NCBI GenBank assembly: GCA_019239955.1
Contig: JAFAZD010000348.1
Location: 21,176 to 85,175, forward strand
Direction: 5' to 3'
DNA length: 64,000 nucleotides
Source: Armatimonadota bacterium
Lineage (GTDB): Bacteria > Armatimonadota > Armatimonadia > Armatimonadales > Capsulimonadaceae
Shown piece after piece: positions 17,201-26,243 of this stretch (position 1 is the first letter of the stretch; the number at the start of each line of letters is the position of its first letter). Under the pieces are notes generated by a model. The model ran no database searches, was not told where the DNA came from, and was given only the letters and a program-made list of their open reading frames with translations. A program made the position numbers and the translations under genes.

Positions 17201-19804
17201 CGTCTCCGGCGTCATGAAGGCGGTGCTGCCGCCCCAGCCCGTCCCGATCACCGGCAGCCCGCTCGCCATTGCCTCCAGGTACGGCCGCCCCCACCCCTCG
17301 CCCCGGCTCGGCAGCACGTACGCCCCGCTCGCCCCGTAGAGGGCGACGAGGCCCTCCGGGTCCAGGTGCTCGAACGCGAACCACACCCGCCCGCGCGCCG
17401 ACAGTTCGCGCGCCGCCACGTCCGCGCCGAGCGCCTCCCGCACGCACGCCGCCGCCTGTGCCCGGATGCCGTCCGCGCCCAGGCCCAGGCTGGACCAGAC
17501 CCGGAGCAGCAGCCGCACGTCCGGCTCCCCCGCGCGGCCCTCCCCCGCGAACTCCTCCAGGAAGGCGCGCAGCAGCACGTCCCAGCCCTTGTGCAGCGTC
17601 CAGTCGAAGACCGCCAGGAACACGAAGGCGTCCCCGGCGAGGGCCTCCTGAACGGAGGCCGGCAGGCCCGCGCGAGCCGCCCCCCGGGCGGGCGCGTCCC
17701 GGAACGGCCCCGGGTCCAGGCAGCCGGGCACCACCATCAGCTTGTCCTCCGCCACGCCCGCCCGCGCGAAGGTCCCCCGGTTGAACTCGCCGGGCACCCA
17801 CACCGCGTCCATCGCGTTGCACGCCCGCACCCAGTCCGCCGGCAGCCGGTCCGTCTCGAACATCGTCCGCCCCACCGCCGCCCGCGCCCGAGGGTCCCGC
17901 CGGAACAGCGGGGCGAAGTTGTGGACCACCTGCACGAAGCCCGGCGCCGCCGCCCGCCGCGTCAGGGCCTCCAGCCGCCGCCGCTCCCCCGCCCCCAGCG
18001 GCGCCTCCCGCTCGCCCCACGGCGTCACCTGCGCGGCCACCGGGCCGCCCGCCGCCCCGTCGCCGCCCGCCGCCTCCTCGCCCTGGGCTCCCCCCGGCCC
18101 GCCGGCCGCGCCGGTCTCCCCGCCGGCCTCACGCGTTTCCTCCCCCCCGGCGGCGCCGGTCTCCTCCAGGGCCAGCACGAGCTGGCGCACCTCGTCGCCG
18201 TAGCCGCTCGGGTCCAGCAGCGGCCCGCTCCACACCACCGGCGCCCCGCCCGCCGCCAGCCGGACCTCCGTAGGCGCCGGGCGGGGCCGCCGCCGCGCCG
18301 CCGCCAGCGCGAACTCCAGGACCTCTTCCGCGCCCGCCGGGACCTGCTCCTCCGGCGGCTGCAGCTGCCCGCCCCTGAAGCGGCGCTCGTAGAGCTTGGC
18401 GTGCTGCTCGAACCGGTAGAAGGCGGACAGGAACGAGTAGAGGAAGCCGTGGACGCCGTCCTGGGGGGCGCCGCCCCGGTCGTAGTAGGCCTGGAAGTCC
18501 GCCACGAAGTGGGCGACCGCGTCCTGCCAGTGGAAGGGGCGCCCGTCCCGGTGCATGTCCGCCGCCTCCCCGTCCGTGTAGCGGTTGAGCTTCTCCAGGT
18601 AGTGCGCCAGGCTGTCGAAGGAGAAGTGCTCCAGCGCCAGGCCCGGGTCGTCGGGCGGGAACGAGAGGACCGGCCCGTCCACCTGCGCGCCCGAGTGCAG
18701 GCGCGGGTTGAAGTGGAACCGCCCGTTCCTCAGCAGCCGCGGCGCCGTGTAGCCCGGGTAGAGGCAGCGCATCCAGCGGCCGGCGAAGTGGTGGCGGAAG
18801 GGGATGAGCAGCGCCGCGAAGGGCGGGTCCGGCCCGTCGATCAGGGCCCGCAGCGCCGGGCCGAGGCCGGGGGGGACGCGCTCGTCGGCGTCCAGGTAGA
18901 ACACCCAGCGGCACGCCGCCCGCATCGCCGACACGTTGCGCGCCCGGTCGAAGTTGGGGATCCGGGGGTGGCGGACGATGTTGTCCGTGTAGCGGCGGGC
19001 GATCTCGACGGTGGCGTCCTCGCTCTCCATGTCGCAGACGATCGTCTCGTCGGCCCAGCCGGTCAGGGTCTCCAGGCAGGCCGCGATGTGGCGGGCCTCG
19101 TTGCGCGTGTGGACGACGGCGGAGACGCCGGCGGGGTACGGCTCGGCCCCCGGGCGCATCAGGGCGCGCAGCGCCGGGGCCGCGGGCGCGCCGCGCAGCA
19201 CGCCCAGGACGTGCTCCTTCCCGCCCAGGCGCGGGTCGCCGTAGTAGCGCAGCCCCGCCACGTCGAAGGGGGCCAGCACCCGCGCCCACTCCTCGAGCGG
19301 CAGCAGGCGCTCGTCGCCGAACTCCGGGGCGAAAGGGTAGAAGACGGAGGGGACGCTGAAGACCACCCAGTCCGCCAAGGCCACCTGCTGGGCCAGCGCC
19401 GCCCGGATTTGGGGCGCCGGGAAGTGCTCGAGCACGCCCTGGTGGTGGATCACGTCGTAGCGGCCCCGCGCGGCGGAGTGAGGGTCAGGATAGAGATCGA
19501 AGAGGTCCCCCACCCGGAATGAGGCCCGGCCCCCGAGCACGTTGTTGACCAGGCGGGCGCGCTCCACGAGCGCGGGGGCGTAGTCGATGCCCTCGGCCCG
19601 GAGGCCGCGCTCGGAGAGCCAGACGGCGCCGTAGCCGGAGCCAACCCCCGTCTCCAGAGTGCGGCCGCCCGGCGGGCAGCGCCGCAGGACCTCGGTGAGG
19701 TACTCCAGGAGGAAGGGCGCGCCGTTGAGTCCGGCATAGTGGCGCGGCACGTCACACAGCGGCGTCTGGTTGTAGAGGTCGGCCCACCGGGCGGACGCGG
19801 ACAT
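14249..19804 (-). CDS. Giant multidomain glycan-biosynthesis enzyme: SAM methyltransferase + GT2 + two GT4-like domains + GT2 + TPR repeats.
   Basis: LETGVGSGYGAVWL (methyltransferase motif I). VSAVVHTRNEARHI and ISLCMIVRDEERVL...WMDADD (GT2 domains). Two blocks with the GT1/GT4 E-x7-E-like motif (PSRGEGWGRPYLEAMASGLPVI and PYRGEGFCLPALEAMACGTPVI). C-terminal TPR-like repeats. Confidence 0.85.
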   Translation of the reverse strand: MSASARWADLYNQTPLCDVPRHYAGLNGAPFLLEYLTEVLRRCPPGGRTLETGVGSGYGAVWLSERGLRAEGIDYAPALVERARLVNNVLGGRASFRVGDLFDLYPDPHSAARGRYDVIHHQGVLEHFPAPQIRAALAQQVALADWVVFSVPSVFYPFAPEFGDERLLPLEEWARVLAPFDVAGLRYYGDPRLGGKEHVLGVLRGAPAAPALRALMRPGAEPYPAGVSAVVHTRNEARHIAACLETLTGWADETIVCDMESEDATVEIARRYTDNIVRHPRIPNFDRARNVSAMRAACRWVFYLDADERVPPGLGPALRALIDGPDPPFAALLIPFRHHFAGRWMRCLYPGYTAPRLLRNGRFHFNPRLHSGAQVDGPVLSFPPDDPGLALEHFSFDSLAHYLEKLNRYTDGEAADMHRDGRPFHWQDAVAHFVADFQAYYDRGGAPQDGVHGFLYSFLSAFYRFEQHAKLYERRFRGGQLQPPEEQVPAGAEEVLEFALAAARRRPRPAPTEVRLAAGGAPVVWSGPLLDPSGYGDEVRQLVLALEETGAAGGEETREAGGETGAAGGPGGAQGEEAAGGDGAAGGPVAAQVTPWGEREAPLGAGERRRLEALTRRAAAPGFVQVVHNFAPLFRRDPRARAAVGRTMFETDRLPADWVRACNAMDAVWVPGEFNRGTFARAGVAEDKLMVVPGCLDPGPFRDAPARGAARAGLPASVQEALAGDAFVFLAVFDWTLHKGWDVLLRAFLEEFAGEGRAGEPDVRLLLRVWSSLGLGADGIRAQAAACVREALGADVAARELSARGRVWFAFEHLDPEGLVALYGASGAYVLPSRGEGWGRPYLEAMASGLPVIGTGWGGSTAFMTPETSLLVDYDLADVPERGWREVPAYRGHRWAEPRAAHLRALMRRVVADREEAGRLGERARRHVAAHFSRAAVGPLVAAAAAQVRARHTPHPVMAPAAPGAGASQAPGATGPPHVSPPDAVPIRVRWEGAQLRWHSLAHVNRELCLGLLDPALVGPPGVELSVCPTEAPEFGPDGDPRLARLAARAFAPLSGPADVHVRHGFPPRLGPADEGRLVLVQPWEYGYLPREWVPQIAAHVAEVWCYSRYVREVYRASGVAEARLRLLPLGVDASVFRPDAPPYVFTTEAGAAETPEGLRGRFVFLYVGGTIHRKGADVLLEAYRRAFGPADAVALVVKDTGTRTVYRDQNEAARIREMIADPAMPRVVYLDEELPAHRLAGVYAAADCLVAPYRGEGFCLPALEAMACGTPVIVPAGGPTDDFVDEAVGWRVAAARRPCPEGRVGPWECVGLPWMFEVDPDDLAGLLREVRQDPGLARRKGEAAARRVASGWTWGHSAAAAAGLLGDLRSRAVPGWTGLAPTGAEPEGGRAARGEGPPGRERPGPPPAEAPPRPVTAPPLPALPVQWRPPAAVRAGEDTRLEPARRHGGPTISLCMIVRDEERVLGDCLRSVCPWVDEVVVVDTGSTDRTPEIARAHGARVESFAWCDDFSAARNASLAHATGDWIFWMDADDTLPEDCGRRLHDLALRAPERTAGLIVQVQIPPGPGEAGCTVVDHVKLFRNGLGLRFEGRIHEQILEPIYRAGSQVERTDLYVVHSGYDHSPEGQRRKRARDLRLLELDLRDRPDHPFVLFNIGMTAFHMKEYDRARAALERCLALSRPQESTVRKVYAMLAGCLQGQGDVAGAVARAEQGLALYPRDPELLFRAGVLHHQAGDLAAAEASYLRLLTDREVGHIDSLDVSMTGFKAHHNLALVYQDMGRWAEAEAQWRAAVGQEPGFGPSWAGLAELCRRQGRLAEFEAAAERAALLDPALAQRLRPRAGGPDPGGQA

Positions 19805-19997
19805 GGAACACCCTCTCGGATCTCGGACACCCTCTTGGACCGGCCGGGACCAGCCGTGCATACGGAATATTCGCCGGCCACGCGTTTTCCGGTCCTCACC
19901 ACGGGCCGATGTCCCGTCCCCGCGCGATGGCCGAGGGCGGCCCGCCGTTCTTGGGTAACTCCACCCTTAAAGACGGACGGTGATTTAAGTCAAAGGT

Positions 19998-20066
19998 TTC
20001 AAAAGTAAGTTACAATCTGTATAATGAAGGTGTCTGTATTATACTTGAAATTTTGCGCCGCGTCAA
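19998..20066. promoter_or_regulatory. AT-rich divergent promoter region between the two large glycosyltransferase genes.
   Basis: Plus strand: TTCAAA 19998-20003, 16-nt spacer, TATAAT 20020-20025. Minus strand: TTGACG (20066-20061), 17-nt spacer, TATAAT (20043-20038). Confidence 0.35.
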
Positions 20067-20193
20067 CGTCCGACGACGGTTCGATTCGCGGGCGCGAACA
20101 CGGCCTTTCAGGAAAAGGGCCGCCCGGAAGGCTGCCTGGAAGGGCGTCCGGGAGACGCCGCTTCCCGCGGGGCAGATCAGGGGGCAGATCAGA

Positions 20194-22659
20194 ATGAACG
20201 CGTCAGACATCCCGGTCGGCCGCGCCGCGGCAACGGCCGAGATCCCCAGGGCCGTGCTGGCCAAGTTCTTCGAGGCGCCAGACTCGGAGGCGCCGAACCC
20301 GGCCCCGCCGCAGACCGGCGACGGCCCGGCGGGCGCGGCGGGCCTGCTGTACCGGAGCCCGGGACGGCCCGGCCTCCCCGCCTCCGCCCTCACGGTCCTC
20401 GGGGTCGCCCCCGACGAGGGCGCCTGCGGCCACTACCGCGTCCGCTACCCCCTGATGTGCCTCGCCGCCCAGGGCGCCCGGGTCGAGGTGCGCCGGGCGG
20501 ACGCCCCGATCCCCCTGGAGAGCTTCCTCGGGGCCAACGTCCTCTACCTCTCGCGGGCCTACACCGACGCGTTCCGGCGCGACGTCCAGGCCGTCGCCCG
20601 CCTCAGCGGCGCCACCGTCGTCTACGACCTCGACGACTGCCTGCACCACGTCTCCCGGACCAGCCCCGCCTTCCCCGCGTACGACCCGGCCGCCCCCGCC
20701 GGCCGGTCCGCCCTGGACAGCATTTCCCGCTTCATGGCGGCCGCCGATGGGGCCATCTTCTCGACCCGGGAGCTACAGGCTCAGTACGAACACGCCCTGA
20801 GCCGGGATGGCGGCCCGGCCAGGTCCTCGCATGTGCTCTTCAACGGCCTGGACCTGGCCCTCGGGGAGCGGGACTGGGACCTGGAGGCGCCGCGCTTCAA
20901 CTGGCGGGCGCTGGCCGAGCGGCAGGGGTGTGCCGTTGACGCGGACAGCCTGCTCTTCGGCTGGGCCGGCAGCAACACCCACTACGACAGCCTCCTGGAA
21001 CTGGGCGACGCCGTCGCCCGGGTCCTCGCCCGGACGGAGAACACTTTCTTCGGCCTCTTCACCGACCCCCACCTGGCCTGCCACTTCTGCGTCGAGCGCT
21101 GGGGACTGCCGCTGCGGCGAGTCGTCTTCCTGCCGCCGGCGCCGTTCGGGCGCGCCCCCCGCGTGCTCTCGGCCTTTGACCTGGCGCTCGCGCCGCTCAG
21201 AAACGACGTCTTCAACCGCTGCAAGTCCTGCCTGCGCCTGCTGGAGCACGGCGCCTGGGGCACCCCCTACGTCGCCAGCCCGGTGGCCCCCTACTGGCGC
21301 TTCCACCGCGAGACGGGCGGGCGCGGCGGCGAGGTGGCCCGTGCCCCGGCGGAGTTCGCCGCCCACGCCGTCCGGCTGCTGGAGGACCCCGACGGGCGGC
21401 GCGAGCGGGGCGCGTTCCTTGCGCGGCACGTCCGGGCCCGTCACGACGTGCGCACGACCGCGGCCCCGCTGCTGTACACGCTGCGGGCGATCCAGGAGAG
21501 CCGGGGCACGGTGCTCCCCCAGCCGTCCTGGCGCTCGATCGAGGACGCCTGGGCGGGCGTCCCGAAGGCGGCGCCGGCCGTTGACGCCGGCGCGCCCTGC
21601 CCCTGCGGCTCGGGGCGCCCCTACGGGGAGTGCCCGAACGGCTGTCCCCCCGCCTTCGGGGAGCTGGAGGACGGGGACGCGCCGGGAGAAGGGCGCGGGA
21701 ACGCCGCAGTGGAAGGCGGACCGCCGGCGGACGGAGTACGGGGTGGCGCGGAAATCAGGGCCGCTGAAGGGGAGGGAGGCGCCATGACGGTGATCGCGGC
21801 GACCTTGTTGTGCGACCGGAAGGCGGCCGACCAGCTCACCGCCGTCCCCGCCGTCCTGGCCATGGAGGGTGTCATCCGCCTCTACGTCAGCGTCCAGACC
21901 GATGGGGCCGCCGACTTCGCCCCCCTCGAGGCGTTCCTCGCCGCCCACCCCACCCCCTCCCTCGTCGAGCCCTGGCACCGCGGCGGCTGGGAGGGTGCCT
22001 TCCCGGAGGACGACCGGGACCAGCGCCGGCTGCTGGGCATCGTCACCGCCCGCAACATGGCCCTCGATTACGCCCTCGGCCAGGGCGCCGACTGGCTGCT
22101 CTTCGTCGACGCCGACGTCGTCCCCGCGCCCGACGGGCTGCGCCGCCTCCTCGCCCTCGGCAGGCCCCTGTGCGGCGGCCTGGTGCCGGGGCGGGGCGAG
22201 CACGCCCCGATCCACTACGTCTTCCCCGGCCACATGGCCGACCCGGACTGGGACCTGCCCGTCACCGAGGAGAACGGCGTGATCCGCTGCGCCTTCGGCA
22301 CCTGCGGCTACATGCTCATCCATTGGAGCGTCTTCAGCCGCCTGCGCTTCCGCTTCAATCCGCTCGCCCGCCCCGGCTCTCCAGCGATGGCCGAGGACCC
22401 GGCCTACTGCCTCGACGCCGTGCGCCTGGGACTGGCCGACGCCTTCTACATCGACCGCCGCGCCACCGCCCGGCATGCGAGCCGCGAGGGCGCCCGCGCG
22501 ACACCGGGCGAGGGGGCCGGGGGCAGCCGCATCTCGACAGCAGGTGACAACAGCGCGGGAGAAGAGGCCGGACCCGCAACGGGACACTCCGGCCCCGCGG
22601 GGGAAGGGGGCCGGCCATGTTCCCCAGGGGGAGGGGGCCGCCCGTGTTCGACTACCTGA
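20194..22659 (+). CDS. Two-domain glycosyltransferase with an internal SEC-C metal-binding motif.
   Basis: N-terminal GT-B-like region (GHYRVRYPL...VVYDLDDCLHHV). CPCGSGRPYGECP. C-terminal GT-A-like region (DWLLFVDADVVP). Confidence 0.75.
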   Translation: MNASDIPVGRAAATAEIPRAVLAKFFEAPDSEAPNPAPPQTGDGPAGAAGLLYRSPGRPGLPASALTVLGVAPDEGACGHYRVRYPLMCLAAQGARVEVRRADAPIPLESFLGANVLYLSRAYTDAFRRDVQAVARLSGATVVYDLDDCLHHVSRTSPAFPAYDPAAPAGRSALDSISRFMAAADGAIFSTRELQAQYEHALSRDGGPARSSHVLFNGLDLALGERDWDLEAPRFNWRALAERQGCAVDADSLLFGWAGSNTHYDSLLELGDAVARVLARTENTFFGLFTDPHLACHFCVERWGLPLRRVVFLPPAPFGRAPRVLSAFDLALAPLRNDVFNRCKSCLRLLEHGAWGTPYVASPVAPYWRFHRETGGRGGEVARAPAEFAAHAVRLLEDPDGRRERGAFLARHVRARHDVRTTAAPLLYTLRAIQESRGTVLPQPSWRSIEDAWAGVPKAAPAVDAGAPCPCGSGRPYGECPNGCPPAFGELEDGDAPGEGRGNAAVEGGPPADGVRGGAEIRAAEGEGGAMTVIAATLLCDRKAADQLTAVPAVLAMEGVIRLYVSVQTDGAADFAPLEAFLAAHPTPSLVEPWHRGGWEGAFPEDDRDQRRLLGIVTARNMALDYALGQGADWLLFVDADVVPAPDGLRRLLALGRPLCGGLVPGRGEHAPIHYVFPGHMADPDWDLPVTEENGVIRCAFGTCGYMLIHWSVFSRLRFRFNPLARPGSPAMAEDPAYCLDAVRLGLADAFYIDRRATARHASREGARATPGEGAGGSRISTAGDNSAGEEAGPATGHSGPAGEGGRPCSPGGGGRPCSTT

Positions 22660-23750
22660 TCGTCGGCGCCGGGTTCGCCGGCAGCGTCCTCGCGGAGCGC
22701 CTCGCCTCCCAGGCCGGCAAGACGGTGCTCCTCGTCGAGCGCCGCCCCCACGTCGGCGGCAACGCCTACGACTTCTATGACGACGCCGGCGTCCTCGTCC
22801 ACCGCTACGGCCCCCACGTCTTCCACACCAACAGCGAGCGCATCTTCCGGTACCTGTCCGCCTTCACCGACTGGCGCCCCTACGAGCACCGCGTCCTCGC
22901 CGAGGTGGACGGCCTGCTCCTCCCCGTCCCCATCAACCGCACCACCGTCAACCGGCTCTACGGCCTGGACCTGCGCACCGACGCGGAGTGCGCCGCCTTC
23001 TTCGCCGCCCGCGCCGAGCCGCGCGCCCACCCCCGCACCGCCGAGGACGCCGTCGTCGGCCGGGTCGGGCGCGACCTCTACGAGAGGCTCTTCCGCGGCT
23101 ACACCCGCAAGCAGTGGGGCCGGGACCCGTCGGAGCTGGACGCCTCCGTCACCGCCCGCATCCCCGTGCGCACGAACACCGACGACCGCTACTTCACCGA
23201 CGCCTTCCAGGCCCTGCCCAAAGGCGGCTACACCGCCCTGTTCGCGCGCCTGCTCGCCCACCCCGCCATCGAGCTGCGGCTGGGCACGGACTGGCGGGAG
23301 GTCAAGGACACCGTCCCCCACCGCCACGTGGTCTTCACCGGCCCCGTCGACGAGTTCTTCGGCCACAGCCTCGGTGCCCTGCCCTACCGCTCCCTGCGCT
23401 TCGCGTTCGAGACCCGGCCCGTCACCCGGGCGCTGCCCGCCCCGGCGGTCAACCACCCCAACGAGCACGCCTACACGCGCGTGGCCGAGTTCACACAAAT
23501 GACGGGGCAGGCGTTCGGACCGGGGCGGGAGCGGACGACGCTGGCCTACGAGTACCCGCAGGCGGCGGGGGAGCCCTACTACCCGGTGCCGTGCCCGGAG
23601 GCGCGGGCGCTGGCGGCGCGCTACCGGGCGCTGGCGGAGGCGACGCCGGGGGTGACGTTCGCGGGGCGGCTGGGGACCTACCAGTACTACAATATGGACC
23701 AGGTGGTCGCCCAGGCCCTCACGGTCTTTGAGAGGCTCCGGGACGCCTGA
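22617..23750 (+). CDS. glf: UDP-galactopyranose mutase.
   Basis: FDYLIVGAGFAGSVLAERLA (FAD fold), GGNAYDFYD, HRYGPHVFHT, RFAFE...NHPNEHAYTRVAEF, GRLGTYQYYNMDQVV. Confidence 0.9.
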   Translation: MFPRGRGPPVFDYLIVGAGFAGSVLAERLASQAGKTVLLVERRPHVGGNAYDFYDDAGVLVHRYGPHVFHTNSERIFRYLSAFTDWRPYEHRVLAEVDGLLLPVPINRTTVNRLYGLDLRTDAECAAFFAARAEPRAHPRTAEDAVVGRVGRDLYERLFRGYTRKQWGRDPSELDASVTARIPVRTNTDDRYFTDAFQALPKGGYTALFARLLAHPAIELRLGTDWREVKDTVPHRHVVFTGPVDEFFGHSLGALPYRSLRFAFETRPVTRALPAPAVNHPNEHAYTRVAEFTQMTGQAFGPGRERTTLAYEYPQAAGEPYYPVPCPEARALAARYRALAEATPGVTFAGRLGTYQYYNMDQVVAQALTVFERLRDA

Positions 23751-23977
23751 GAGGCCGGACGGCGGGGACGACGGCTTTGCAGACCAGACCGTACGGAGTG
23801 CCACAGAGAAGCCGACGAAGTGATCCGGGCCCGCGCCGGCAACAGATGACCCCGTGTATTGTCCGCAGGTCGCCCTCTCGGTGAGACCATTGAACGCTGC
23901 GGAAGAGACAACAAGTCATAATTTCGCAGAGAATATACAAAAAGTATCCATCGGAAGGAGGAAATCCCGTCGAGGCG

Positions 23978-24450
23978 GTGAAAGAAGCGCATAAGCAAGC
24001 GGGAACAGGGCCGGATGTGATCCAGTTCCGCCTGCTGTACTGGCGTACGGGCCATCCCCCCGGTTGGTGGGCTACCCAGGATTGTTCACAGACTTCGATG
24101 AAGTGGCCGACATACGGTGGTCTCCCGACGGTCGGCGCTTCGCGTTCCTGGGTGGCAGCACGGGGTTTGACTCAGGAGGGCCGATCCGGGGCGCGCTCTG
24201 CTGTGTAGACGCGGTGACGGGGCGCTTCTTCTTTGGGCCGGGCGGCGTGGGGCGCTACCGGTGGGTCGGGCCGCAACGGCTACGGTACGTGGTGACGGAC
24301 GCGGTGCCCGATCCACGCCATCCGCAGAATGGTGGGCTCGCGCCGTGGAGTCCGCGCTACTGGACCGGGAGCGCCACCGACCGCATTTGGGAAGACCCCG
24401 CCTGGCTGCGCGGGAAGGCCCGTCTTCATGGGCAGCTCTGGCCATGGTAG
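23978..24450 (+). pseudogene. Hypothetical protein with a WSPDGRRFAF beta-propeller-type repeat, apparently frameshifted at a C6 run.
   Basis: The GTG-23978 frame (VKEAHKQAGTGPDVIQFRLLYWRTGHPPG) changes to the frame of ORF 24064-24450 at the C run 24056-24061. Confidence 0.3.
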
Positions 24451-24510
24451 CGAGAGTTCACGCAAATATGCAACAACATTCCTGAGAACTGTTGCAAGTG
24501 AGGAAACGCC

Positions 24511-24760
24511 ATGTCGGAGTTTTTTGATCCCGTCGGCAATCGGCTCTATCTCACGGAGGAGGAGCGCCGCTCCTTCCTTGCCGCCGACCATCATGGCAAG
24601 ACCAGCGCCCTGCCCCGCGTGAGGTCCGCACCTTCTGCTCTCTGCTGCACTACACTGGATGCCGGATGGCCCAGTCGTGGCGCCCAAGGGCGACCGCCTG
24701 CCTTCCTTGAGGCTTTCAAAATGTCCACATCATGTGGCAGACGGAATCAGAGCGGGGCCC
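24511..24760 (+). pseudogene. Remnant of a small tyrosine recombinase (integrase).
   Basis: MSEFFDPVGNRLYLTEEERRSFLAA in one frame continues as FCSLLHYTGCRMAQ in another frame. It is truncated by the next gene. Confidence 0.45.
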
Positions 24761-24763
24761 AGT

Positions 24764-26062
24764 ATGATTGACCCCCGACTGGCGGAGGCCGCGTCCTCCG
24801 CGAATGACGTTGCCCGCCTTGAGGCCGCCCGCCGCCTGGCCGACGCGGGGCCCGCCGGTCTCCCCCTCCTGAGGGCGCTGGTCACAGACCGCAACGACTT
24901 CGTCCGCCAGGCCGCCAAGGCAGCCGTCTACACCGTCGCCCGCGACCACGCCGACCTCGAGGCCGCCCGCCTGGGCCTGGAGGTCGCCGCGGACAACAAC
25001 CTCCACCTGCGCGTCACCGCCTGGCAGGGCCTCAAGGCGCTCCCCCGCGACCTGATCGCCGCCGCCTACGAGCCGCCGACGCCCGTGCCCGGCCACGGGA
25101 TCGACTGCCTGAGCCGCAACCAGGTCCCCACCGCGGCGGGCCCCCTCCGCGACCCCCGTACCGGCGGCCCCCGGCGCTGCCACGTCTGCGTCGCCCTCGT
25201 CGCCACCCCCGGCTTCGAGGGCCTGCTGGACATGTGCCTCCGCTCGCTGAAAAAGAACGGCGGCCTGGAGGGCCTGGACCACACCCTCCTCGCCTTCATG
25301 CCCGGTGCCGACGACGCCTGCCGCCAGGTCTGCCGCCGCCACGGCGCCCTCTGCGTCGAGCCGCTCTCCCTGGTCCCCCCGCACGCCTCCATGAAGGGCA
25401 TGCTCTACTCCCTGCACCGCTGGGTGGACGCCCGCTGCTACCTGTGCCTCGAGCCCGACATGCTCGTGCTCGGCCCCCTCCGCCCCCTCCTCGAGCGGGC
25501 CCTCGCCGGCCGCCGGGGCCGCCTCTACGCCGTCCCCAACCTGCCCTCCCTGCGCGCGCAGGACGCGGCGCGGCGCGCGGGGGCGCTCCGGGAAGGGGGC
25601 GCGGGAGACCCCGACCTGCAGGCCTGGATCACCCAGTGCTGCGGCGGCGACGGCGGCGACGTGCGCTTCCTGCTGGGCGAGCGCACCGTGCGGCCCCGCC
25701 TCTTCGCCAACGCCGGGCTGTTCCTGGGGGACCGGGAGGCGCTGGCGCGCGTGGAGGCGCAGATCCTCGCCATGCAGCCCTTCGCCTCGCTCTGGATCGA
25801 CACCGGCTACGTCCACTGGCGCGACGAGATGGTCTGGAACCTGGCCTACAGCCTGGCCGGCAACGCCGTGGCCCTGCCCAAGCACTACAACTACGAGCCG
25901 GAGGGTGAGATGGAAGAGGGTATGCTGGACGGCCTGCGGCGCGACCCGGAGACCGGCCGGTACGCCCCCGCCCTCGCGCCGGGGCAGGCGAGCGTCTTCC
26001 ACTTCGTCGGCGCGGCGAAGGCGTGGATGCCCCGCTACCTGGAGGCCTATGGGATCCCCTGA
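24764..26062 (+). CDS. HEAT-repeat N-terminus plus a nucleotide-diphospho-sugar-transferase-like (GT8-like) domain protein.
   Basis: ARLEAARRLADAGPAGLPLLRALVTDRNDFVRQAA (HEAT-like). VALVATPGFEGLLDMCLRSLKKNG...YLCLEPDMLVLGPL. Confidence 0.6.
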   Translation: MIDPRLAEAASSANDVARLEAARRLADAGPAGLPLLRALVTDRNDFVRQAAKAAVYTVARDHADLEAARLGLEVAADNNLHLRVTAWQGLKALPRDLIAAAYEPPTPVPGHGIDCLSRNQVPTAAGPLRDPRTGGPRRCHVCVALVATPGFEGLLDMCLRSLKKNGGLEGLDHTLLAFMPGADDACRQVCRRHGALCVEPLSLVPPHASMKGMLYSLHRWVDARCYLCLEPDMLVLGPLRPLLERALAGRRGRLYAVPNLPSLRAQDAARRAGALREGGAGDPDLQAWITQCCGGDGGDVRFLLGERTVRPRLFANAGLFLGDREALARVEAQILAMQPFASLWIDTGYVHWRDEMVWNLAYSLAGNAVALPKHYNYEPEGEMEEGMLDGLRRDPETGRYAPALAPGQASVFHFVGAAKAWMPRYLEAYGIP

Positions 26063-26243
26063 GGCGTGGGATCGCGGGAGAGCCGGCGGGGGCGCGGGAC
26101 GACCGGGAGGCCGGGGCTGCTGCGGCCTACCTCCCGCCCGCATGCTGGGTCCACCGAGGAGACCCATCTTGGCCTGGGATGGGGCACAGCTCGGACACGG
26201 CACCAGTAGAGACTCTCAGGCCGCGTCAGGAGGCGCGGAGCCG

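Noticed and set aside
14606-19522. 1,638-aa plus-strand ORF.
   Set aside because: It lies antisense to the multidomain glycosyltransferase gene, which has recognisable methyltransferase, GT2, GT4 and TPR motifs. The composition is Arg/Pro/Gly-dominated with no motifs.
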